Below are positions 56,372 through 64,000 of a DNA stretch of 64,000 bases, in pieces. Every line of letters starts with the position of its first letter. Positions within the stretch are counted from its first letter, which is position 1. Where the stretch lies: assembly GCA_016193485.1 (NCBI GenBank), contig JACPRZ010000012.1, positions 33,109-97,108 of the forward strand. The letters run 5' to 3'. A program made the translations under genes and the position numbers. This stretch comes from Bacteroidota bacterium (GTDB taxonomy: Bacteria; Bacteroidota; Bacteroidia; JACPRZ01). The notes beneath the pieces are model-generated. The model searched no databases and was not told where the DNA came from. It saw nothing but the letters and a program-made list of their open reading frames with translations.

Positions 56372-57988
56372 TTAATGCTTAACTCTCCTCATCTGCTCCT
56401 CAAGTGAAATTATTGTATTACCTTTTTTTTCAGGAACCAGCGACATGGCATATTCCGACAACGCTGTAATGGTCAAACTTGGATTTACTCCGAGATTACA
56501 GGGAATTACCGAACCGTCAAGGATGTACATGCCCGGATAATTAAAGGCCTCAAATTTTTCGTTTATCATTCCTTCATCAGCATTTTTTCCCATCGGACAG
56601 CCGCCTATAATATGCGCTGTTGATGACATGTTGAACAGGATTTCAGTGGTTGCATTCTGAGGAATTCCATCAACTTTTTTTGCATACCTGAACATTGTTT
56701 TTTGTCCGATGTCAATATAAGAAGGAACACGGTTTTCTTTTTTGTTCTGAATGGAAATACGGAAAAACGGGAACTTTTTATATACCATTTTCATTGAACT
56801 ATCAAGGGATTGCATTACCAGAAAAATGACCGAGCGCGTTGCCCAGTTTTTTCCGAAAATATGTTTTGCAAAGCGGACGGGATGGAGAAAAATGTTTCCA
56901 AGTAATTTCAGGGGGCGCACCAACAGATTGCCGGGACCGGTGGCGATCATGGCAAATGCTTTCATGGAGTTTGAATCATCGGGATATTTAACGATTTCAA
57001 TATGGGTGGAATCGTCAGGGTTAAATACCGATGAAATGGATACACCCTGATTCAGTTTTTCCGATGCCGCGGTTACACCGCAAAGCATTTCGGAATTGGT
57101 GCGAAGATTTTCGCCAAGTTTTTTTGAAAGATGAGGCAGGGTTTTATATTTATATTTTTGTTTCAAAAGCAAGTCCATTGTTCCAAGTACGCCACCTGCA
57201 ATGACTAATCCCCTGCTGCGGAAGATATTTTTTTTCGTACTAAAAGATGAAGTTCCTGAACGTGTGTGGACGGAATATATTCCTTCGTGGAATACAATTT
57301 TTTCCGCTTTTGTTTCGGCTATAACCTGCGCACCGGATTTCTGAGCGAAGTAAAGGTAATTTTTATCCAGCGTATTTTTTGCATTATGTCTGCAGCCGAC
57401 CATACACCCCGCACATTCGGTGCATCCTTTGCGCATTGGACCGAGTCCGTTAAAATAGGGATCGGTTTCCTTATCGCAGTCACCAAAATATACACCGATG
57501 TCCACACCGTTAAAAGTTGAGGAGCGGTTCATTTCACCTGCAACTTCCCGTAAAACTTCATCAGCCCGGTAAAATGCTTTGTTACGCGTTGTGCCGAGCA
57601 TCCTGCGCGCTTTTTCGTAAAACGGGATAAGGGTTTTTTTCCACCCCGATTTATCCGGACAAAGGTGCGACCATGCGGGATTGCCGAAAAATTCATCCGG
57701 TGGAAACATGTGGGTGTTGGCGTAGCCCAAACTACCCCCCCCAACTCCGACACCGCTCAAAATCATCGTATTCTTAAAAAAGGTTATCTTCTGAAATCCA
57801 TGCCATCCGAATAAAGGAGCCCAGAAATATTTTTTAAAATTCCAGTTGGTTTTCGGGAAATCTTCATTCCGGTAATGTTTTCCTTTTTCAATAACGAGGA
57901 CTGAATAACCTTTTTCGGAAAGGCGCATAGCCGAAACCGAGCCGCCAAAGCCGGAGCCGATGATGATGTAGTCAAGTACTTCTGCCAT
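56372..57988 (-). CDS. Cholesterol oxidase-like GMC oxidoreductase (ChoD type)
   Basis: IIGSGFGGSVSAMRLSEKGY, GVGGGSL-YAN, C-EC-GCMVGCRHNAKNTLDKNYL, TAHIIGG and NLGVNPSLTITALSE. Confidence 0.85.
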   Translation of the reverse strand: MAEVLDYIIIGSGFGGSVSAMRLSEKGYSVLVIEKGKHYRNEDFPKTNWNFKKYFWAPLFGWHGFQKITFFKNTMILSGVGVGGGSLGYANTHMFPPDEFFGNPAWSHLCPDKSGWKKTLIPFYEKARRMLGTTRNKAFYRADEVLREVAGEMNRSSTFNGVDIGVYFGDCDKETDPYFNGLGPMRKGCTECAGCMVGCRHNAKNTLDKNYLYFAQKSGAQVIAETKAEKIVFHEGIYSVHTRSGTSSFSTKKNIFRSRGLVIAGGVLGTMDLLLKQKYKYKTLPHLSKKLGENLRTNSEMLCGVTAASEKLNQGVSISSVFNPDDSTHIEIVKYPDDSNSMKAFAMIATGPGNLLVRPLKLLGNIFLHPVRFAKHIFGKNWATRSVIFLVMQSLDSSMKMVYKKFPFFRISIQNKKENRVPSYIDIGQKTMFRYAKKVDGIPQNATTEILFNMSSTAHIIGGCPMGKNADEGMINEKFEAFNYPGMYILDGSVIPCNLGVNPSLTITALSEYAMSLVPEKKGNTIISLEEQMRRVKH

Positions 57989-58003
57989 GATAAATTCTTT
58001 GAT

Positions 58004-59179
58004 TTACTGACGTTTTTGAAGGTTATTCTGATAATTAACTTCATCTAAAATCAGTTTCCCCAGGATTTCGTGCATGATTTGGGTTGTGCCGGCTCCCACT
58101 GTCAACAACCGGGCATCTCTCCATGCCCTTGCTAATCCGTAATCTTCCATGTAGCCCACACCGCCATGCAGTTGCAATGCATCATTGATTACTTTCATAC
58201 ATTCTTCAGATGTAAACGCCTTTGCCATAGTAACGATCTCTACTGCATTGCTTCCCTTTTCAATAAATTCGGCTACTGCGCGGTATGAAATTGAACGGCA
58301 CGCTTCCACCGTAACAGCCATTTGCGCCAATTTATGCCGTATCACCTGGAACTTGCTTATGGGCCGTCCGAATGCCTGCCGCTCCATGGTATATTGCTTT
58401 GCCTTCTTTAATGCCCAATCGGCAATAAAAGTACCAGTCACCGCTGCCAATAATCGCTCTTCCTGAAAATTATTCATAATGTAATAAAAACCATGCCCTT
58501 CTTCTCCTATCAGGCATGATTTGGGCGCCTTGCAATTTTCAAAAAACAACTGGGCGGTATCTGAAGTATGCATGCCGAGTTTATTATGGATAGGTATTGC
58601 AGAAAATCCCTTTGTTTCTTTATCAAGGATTAACAGGGATAAATTATCCTCACCTGTACGAACGGCTAAAACTACAAAATCGGCCATTGTGCCATTAGTG
58701 ATAAACGTTTTTGACCCGTTGATTAAATAGTGGTCCCCCATATTTTTGGCTGTTGTTATGATTCCCGCTACATCCGAGCCGGCTCCCGGCTCAGTGATTC
58801 CCAGTGCAGCTATTTTTTCACCTTTAAGAGCAGGCGCGAGATATTTATTTTTTTGTTCTTCTGTTCCAAGTGCGTTTATCAGGGGAAGCGGTAAATAAGT
58901 ATGTGCATATAAAGACATCGCCAGCCCGGCAATATTGGCATGAGCCATTTCTTCCGTAATGACTACGGCAGACCAGAAATCCATACCGCTTCCGGCATAT
59001 TTTTCGGGGAATGTTACGCCAAAAAATCCATGCTCTCCCATTTTCCTGAAAACATCTCTGCTGCAGATGTTGTTTTTTTCCCATTCTTCTACATAGGGAG
59101 TTATTTCTTTTTCAATGAACTTTCTGACGGATTGCCGCAATAATTCGTGTTCTTCGGTGAAAGGATTTGTGGTGAGCAT
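58004..59179 (-). CDS. Acyl-CoA dehydrogenase (AtuD/long-chain-like)
   Basis: ITEPGAGSDV, NGSKTFITNG, KLGMHTSDTA, NFQEERL, RQAFGRPI and QLHGGVGY. Confidence 0.92.
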   Translation of the reverse strand: MLTTNPFTEEHELLRQSVRKFIEKEITPYVEEWEKNNICSRDVFRKMGEHGFFGVTFPEKYAGSGMDFWSAVVITEEMAHANIAGLAMSLYAHTYLPLPLINALGTEEQKNKYLAPALKGEKIAALGITEPGAGSDVAGIITTAKNMGDHYLINGSKTFITNGTMADFVVLAVRTGEDNLSLLILDKETKGFSAIPIHNKLGMHTSDTAQLFFENCKAPKSCLIGEEGHGFYYIMNNFQEERLLAAVTGTFIADWALKKAKQYTMERQAFGRPISKFQVIRHKLAQMAVTVEACRSISYRAVAEFIEKGSNAVEIVTMAKAFTSEECMKVINDALQLHGGVGYMEDYGLARAWRDARLLTVGAGTTQIMHEILGKLILDEVNYQNNLQKRQ

Positions 59180-59259
59180 TTTTTTTTGCGTAATTTTATA
59201 GTGGACTAATAATTAGCTTTTTTATTACTGTTCAGATCTCCGGTATAATATTATCTTTA

Positions 59260-59366
59260 TAATGCGAATAATGCAAATATTTACTAATGATACGAATGTC
59301 CTTTGTGAAAATGGTATTTTTATTCGTATTATTAGTCCCGCCAAAGGCGGGATTCGTATATTTGTA
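59260..59366. repeat. Degenerate intergenic inverted repeat (CGAAT/ATTCG units) with an embedded GC hairpin
   Basis: TGCGAAT, TGCAAAT, TACTAAT, TACGAAT mirrored by ATTCGTA, ATTAGT, ATTCGTA, ATTTGTA; TCCCGCC-AAA-GGCGGGA at 59336-59352. Confidence 0.6.
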
Positions 59367-59406
59367 TTATTTTATTAATAAAACCAAATGATGCTGAGTA
59401 GTAACA

Positions 59407-60267
59407 CTATTTTTTAAAAGGCATATTGAGCATCGCCCGTGTTTCGTCAATGGAAGATACTTCTCTGCCAAGCATACGAACTAATTTAGATGTCGCTTCT
59501 ATCAGTTCTCCATTTGATTTTGCCATTTCTCCTTCGGGCAAATAAAAATTATCTTCTAATCCCGCACGAACATTGCCGTCAATAGTGATGGCGGCTGCAA
59601 TAAGTTGCCATTGTTTTCTTCCTATTCCAATCACTTGCCAGTGTGAACCCGGAGGCACGGATGCTGCCTGATGCAACAAATTCCGGGTTGAGATTTGCAT
59701 GCCGCCCAGGACACCCATCACAAAACTGAAAACAAACGGTTTTTGCAAAATCCCCATATCAATCAATGGCATAGCATTGTTGATGTGTCCATTGTCGAAT
59801 ACTTCCATCTCCGGCAGTGTCCCTGACTCTTTCATTTTCTCCAAATAAAATTTTATGTCGCTGAAAGAATTTTGAAAAACGAAATCGTGGTAAAACTGTT
59901 TATTCTTTGGCGAATAGATGGCATAGTTCATGGAACCCATGTTGAGCGCAGCCATATCCGGCTTGAGATCTGTGATATGATGGATACGTTCTTCTTTTGA
60001 AAGTGCGATTGCGCCTGTGCTGTAGTTAATAATAACGGCAGGACAAAGTTTGCGCACTTCTTCACCGATTCTTCTGTAAGTTTCAATATCATAAGCAGGC
60101 GAACCATCGTTGTTCCTTGCATGAATGTGCAGAATACTTGCGCCTGCATCTACTGCACGTTTGCCCTCTAAAGCAATTTCTTCGGGGGTGTAAGGAATGT
60201 ATGGACATTGCTCGCGCTTTGCCAGGACTCCGGTTAATGATGCGGTGATTACAATTTTATTTGCCAT
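59407..60267 (-). CDS. Beta-keto acid cleavage enzyme (BKACE/DUF849)
   Basis: IVITASLTG, PYTPEEIA, AGASILHIHAR, STG, LNMGSMN and VRAGLEDN. Confidence 0.92.
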   Translation of the reverse strand: MANKIVITASLTGVLAKREQCPYIPYTPEEIALEGKRAVDAGASILHIHARNNDGSPAYDIETYRRIGEEVRKLCPAVIINYSTGAIALSKEERIHHITDLKPDMAALNMGSMNYAIYSPKNKQFYHDFVFQNSFSDIKFYLEKMKESGTLPEMEVFDNGHINNAMPLIDMGILQKPFVFSFVMGVLGGMQISTRNLLHQAASVPPGSHWQVIGIGRKQWQLIAAAITIDGNVRAGLEDNFYLPEGEMAKSNGELIEATSKLVRMLGREVSSIDETRAMLNMPFKK

Positions 60268-60290
60268 AATGCCTGATAATCAAATTTTCC

Positions 60291-61112
60291 TTATCTTCCT
60301 TTCCAAATTGGTTTTCTTTTTTCAATAAATGCCTTCATTCCTTCAGTTGCATCTTCGGTTTGAATTGTACGCTCAAGCATTTGTTTCAGATAGTGGTGGG
60401 ATTCGGATGCTGAAATATTTTTCAGGTTATCTAATGCTTCCAATCCTAACCGGATAGATGAAGGTGAATATTGAAAAATCTCATCCACCAGTGCCTGAAC
60501 TTCCGAATTGAGTTTTTCTTTCTCAACTACTTTACTCACTAATCCTATTTTTTCAGCTTCACTTGCATTGACTGCTTTTGCCCGCATGCAAAAATCAAAA
60601 GCGGCTCGTGGCGGCATAATTTGCAGCAAATTCTGCATAACCTGAAAAGGAAACAATCCACGTTTGACTTCCGGTAAACTGAATATTGTATTGGGCGTTG
60701 CAATAACGTGAGTACAACCGCAGATTATCAGAAATCCTCCTGCAAAAACGGGGGCATGAACTTTTGCGATGCATGGTTTGTGCAAACTGTTGAAAACATT
60801 TCCCAGAACAATTTCAGAAACCGGTTCAGGAACAGTAGAAATAGTTTCTTCCGTTTGCCCGGAAAATGACTTCAAATCAGCGCCTGAGCAGAACACATCA
60901 CCGTTAGCAGCAATAACCACCGCCCATAGAGCATTATTGTAATGAGCATAAGAAAGCGCGTAGGATATCTCTTTTAACATTACAGGGTTGAGCGCATTTT
61001 TTTTCTCCGGGCGGTTAAGGGTTATTGTCAGTACATGGTCATTCTCATCCACTAAAAGATGAGCAAATTTTTGATTGTTAAATTTGGCTGTTTGATCTGC
61101 CGGGTATAACAT
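60291..61112 (-). CDS. Enoyl-CoA hydratase/crotonase family protein
   Basis: LNRPEKKNAL, FCSGADL, AGG, LPEVKRGL and EGMKAFIEKRKP. Confidence 0.9.
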   Translation of the reverse strand: MLYPADQTAKFNNQKFAHLLVDENDHVLTITLNRPEKKNALNPVMLKEISYALSYAHYNNALWAVVIAANGDVFCSGADLKSFSGQTEETISTVPEPVSEIVLGNVFNSLHKPCIAKVHAPVFAGGFLIICGCTHVIATPNTIFSLPEVKRGLFPFQVMQNLLQIMPPRAAFDFCMRAKAVNASEAEKIGLVSKVVEKEKLNSEVQALVDEIFQYSPSSIRLGLEALDNLKNISASESHHYLKQMLERTIQTEDATEGMKAFIEKRKPIWKGR

Positions 61113-61126
61113 GGTATAGACAATAA

Positions 61127-62710
61127 CTACATTCTGAAAATCCCAAACTCTTTAGTTCCTTCAAAGGGCGCATTATAGATTACCGACAGTCCCATTCCGA
61201 GGTAAAGCCGGGTCTTTCGGGGGTCTATAACGCCATCATCCCAAAGTTGCCCCGTTGCATAAAAAGCGCTGGATTGTTCATCAACCTGCTTTTCTAAAAC
61301 CGTAGCGCCTGCTTTTACATCTTCTTCTCTAACGAGTCCTGATTTTCGCTGCACCATCTGCATCACTCCGGCAAGTTGCTGCGCACCCATAACTGCTGTT
61401 TTTGAGTTGGGCCATGAAAACAGGAACCGCGGCTGAAAAGCCCTTCCGCACATAGCATAGTTTCCTGCACCATAAGAAGCGCCTATTATTACCGTCAGAG
61501 CCGGAACCGTACTGTTTGATACAGCATTTATCATCTTTGCCCCGTCTTTGATGATCCCCCCCTGCTCATATTTTTTACCTACCATAAACCCGGTTATGTT
61601 TTGAAGAAAGATCAGGGGGGTATTAGTCCTGTTGCACAACTGGATGAAGTGCGCGCCTTTATTGGCTGCCTCTGACACCAAAACGCCATTATTTGCAAGA
61701 ATTCCCACCTTGAAACCGTGAATGGAAGCATAGCCGGTGACTAAGGTAGGACCGTATTCCGGCTTGAATTCCAGAAATTTTGAGCCGTCTGTGATGCGGG
61801 CAATGATCTCACGCATATCAAAGGGGCGTTTTAGGTCAACGGCAACTATGCCCAATAATTCTTCAGCGTCATATACGGGCTCTTCGGCTTTTTGCGGGAA
61901 CTCTTCTGTTTGCTGACGAACATTTGTTATCTCCATCAGGTCGCGGGCGATGGCTATGGCTTCCTTTTCATCAGTGGCAAGAAAATCGGAAACACCTGAT
62001 ATGCGGCTGTGCATTTCAGCGCCACCGAGGGACTCATCATCCGACTCTTCCCCTGTAGCCATTTTTACCAGAGGCGGACCGGCAAGGAAAACCTTGGCGC
62101 CTTTTTTTACCATAATCACATAATCAGACATGCCCGGAATATAAGCCCCCCCCGCAGTGCTGTTACCAAAAACTACAGAGATTGTAGGTATTCCTTCTTT
62201 TGACCTGCGCGTTATTTCACGGAAGTTGGTACCGCCAAGGTTAAAAATTTTTGATTGTTCTTCCAGGTTGGCGCCTGCAGATTCCACTAAGTAAATTGTT
62301 GGGAGGCGGTTTTCCATGGCTATTTCGTTCAGCCGCATGGCTTTTTGCAGGGTAACATGGTCTATGGAGCCGCCTTTGATGGTTGCGATATTGGCAACGA
62401 TCATACAGAGTTTATTGCTCACCAACCCTATGCCTGCAGCCATGGTGCCGCCAAGTGTGAAACTATTTCTTCCAAACCCTGCTAATGGTAAAAGGTCCAG
62501 ATAAGGAGAATCCTTATCCACCAAAAGTTTAATTCTTTCGCGGGCTAAGAGTTTACCGGCTGTTCGTACGCGTTCAATATATTTTTCTTCTCCCTGCCAG
62601 ACGCTTTTCTTCATGAGGTCTTCCAACTCCAGCACTTTTTCATGCATTTTACCGTAGTTGGTTTTAAATGCTTCGGATTGCGTGTTTATCTTTGATATAA
62701 TTTTCCGCAT
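61127..62710 (-). CDS. Acyl-CoA carboxylase carboxyltransferase subunit (AtuC/MccB-like)
   Basis: GKLLARERI, ESAGANL, STAGGAY-PGMSD, FLAGPPLVK, QNITGFMVG and GASYGAGNYAMCGRA. Confidence 0.9.
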   Translation of the reverse strand: MRKIISKINTQSEAFKTNYGKMHEKVLELEDLMKKSVWQGEEKYIERVRTAGKLLARERIKLLVDKDSPYLDLLPLAGFGRNSFTLGGTMAAGIGLVSNKLCMIVANIATIKGGSIDHVTLQKAMRLNEIAMENRLPTIYLVESAGANLEEQSKIFNLGGTNFREITRRSKEGIPTISVVFGNSTAGGAYIPGMSDYVIMVKKGAKVFLAGPPLVKMATGEESDDESLGGAEMHSRISGVSDFLATDEKEAIAIARDLMEITNVRQQTEEFPQKAEEPVYDAEELLGIVAVDLKRPFDMREIIARITDGSKFLEFKPEYGPTLVTGYASIHGFKVGILANNGVLVSEAANKGAHFIQLCNRTNTPLIFLQNITGFMVGKKYEQGGIIKDGAKMINAVSNSTVPALTVIIGASYGAGNYAMCGRAFQPRFLFSWPNSKTAVMGAQQLAGVMQMVQRKSGLVREEDVKAGATVLEKQVDEQSSAFYATGQLWDDGVIDPRKTRLYLGMGLSVIYNAPFEGTKEFGIFRM

Positions 62711-62894
62711 ATATACCTGTGTATGAATTACTGTTTATCAGTGTCGGTTACAAGTGCAGTTCTTATTTATTGAATTAATGGGATTCCCCAACACCAAAAT
62801 TGTTTTTTGGATTTATTTTGACTTTATTTTTTTCGGATTTCCCTGCCTGACGGCAGACAGGGGATTTAATTATTCGGATTTCATTAAATATCTT

Positions 62895-64000
62895 TTACAG
62901 TAACTTCTTCATCGCAAATTTAAGAAAACCGAGTTTGCCGGCTGAATATGGCGCATACCGTTGTTTTACATCAAAGAGAAACGACCGTTTCAGAACCGCC
63001 CTCTTATGAGAGAATGTTTCAAAACCGGTTTTCCCGTTGTATGCCCCCATGCCGCTGTTGCCTGTCCCGCCAAACGGAAGGTTCATATTGCCGAGGTGAA
63101 CAAATGCGTCATTGATGCAAACCCCACCGGATGATGTCTCATTCAGAATTTTATCAACGGTCTTTTTATTTTTTGAAAAAACATAAAGCGCAAGCGGCTT
63201 TTCACCCTTATTGATGAATGCAATGGCTTCTTCGGTTTTTTCATATTCAATAAGAGGCATAACGGGTCCGAATATTTCTTCCTGCATCACTTTGTCTCCC
63301 GGCTTCACATTATCAATTATGGTAGGTGCAATGTAACGTTGCGAAGCATCTGTCAGCCCTCCGGTAATGATATCCCCGGAAATAAGATTTTTTACCCGTT
63401 CAAAATGTTTTTGATTGATAATTCTTCCGAAATCAGGACTGGTTGAAGGGTCTTTTCCGAAAAATTCAGTTATGATCTCATTAACCCGGGTGATAAACCG
63501 GTTTTTTATTTCTTTATGTACGAGTATATAATCTGGCGCTACGCAGGTTTGCCCTGCATTGGTAAATTTTCCCCAAACGATACGCCTTGCCGTAACATCA
63601 AGGTTGATATCACGGTCAACAATTGCAGGACTTTTACCTCCGAGTTCAAGCGTAACGGGAGTGAGATGTTTTGCAGCGGCTTCATAGATAATTTTTCCTG
63701 TGGCGGTTCCTCCCGTAAAAAGGATGTAATCAAATTTCTCTTTAAGCAAGTCGGTTGTTTCGGGAATGCCTCCTTCAATAACGGCAAGGTATTCGGGCTT
63801 GAAGAATTCAGAAATCATTTTGGAGATGGCGGAAGAAGTTGCCGGTGCAAGTTCGGATGGCTTCAGCACACAGCAGTTACCGGCCGTCATGGCACCGAGG
63901 AGCGGACCGAAAAGGTTTTTTATAGGATAATTCCATGGGGAAATGATCAGGGCTACACCATAGGGTTCATAGCGGATATAACTTTTAGCAGGCAGGAAAA
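62895..64000 (-). CDS. Aldehyde dehydrogenase (ALDH3/fatty-aldehyde type), 5' end outside the window
   Basis: Frame open to the window edge (EPYGVALIISPWNYP); LKPSE, FTGG, LELGGKSP, NAGQTCVAPDY and EEIFGP. Confidence 0.92.
   Translation of the reverse strand, partial: FLPAKSYIRYEPYGVALIISPWNYPIKNLFGPLLGAMTAGNCCVLKPSELAPATSSAISKMISEFFKPEYLAVIEGGIPETTDLLKEKFDYILFTGGTATGKIIYEAAAKHLTPVTLELGGKSPAIVDRDINLDVTARRIVWGKFTNAGQTCVAPDYILVHKEIKNRFITRVNEIITEFFGKDPSTSPDFGRIINQKHFERVKNLISGDIITGGLTDASQRYIAPTIIDNVKPGDKVMQEEIFGPVMPLIEYEKTEEAIAFINKGEKPLALYVFSKNKKTVDKILNETSSGGVCINDAFVHLGNMNLPFGGTGNSGMGAYNGKTGFETFSHKRAVLKRSFLFDVKQRYAPYSAGKLGFLKFAMKKLL

Overview
64 kb of a Bacteroidota chromosome, judged from gliding/T9SS genes gldJ and a PorP/SprF homologue, T9SS-type cargo proteins and many TAnnTTTG -7 promoter boxes. 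1-27.4 kb is mostly housekeeping and envelope genes: murF, gldJ, glmS, lptC, coaX, rpmH (missed by the ORF track), pdxJ, rodA-mrdA, panC, rlmB and two histidine kinases with no response regulator in the window. 27.6-42.8 kb holds three tandem GT-C glycosyltransferase paralogues, tRNA-Val(CAC), three secreted T9SS-type proteins and a radical SAM/SPASM gene. 43-50.2 kb is a defence-like island whose 44.3-49.4 kb core is AT-rich: AAA/DUF4143 ATPase, vsr-dcm converging on a coupled three-gene operon (GHKL ATPase, unknown protein, DUF6339-like protein), and vapBC. This vsr-dcm/three-gene block is the best candidate for an undescribed system. Next come padR-pspC, separated by a 19-unit octamer tandem array. 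A minus-strand catabolic cluster (ALDH, acyl-CoA carboxyltransferase, crotonase, BKACE, acyl-CoA dehydrogenase, two GMC oxidases) resembles a route for branched isoprenoid or sterol lipids. Short REP-like palindromes occur throughout, and several appear to be inserted in frame inside proteins. All family calls are by eye from motifs; no searches were run.
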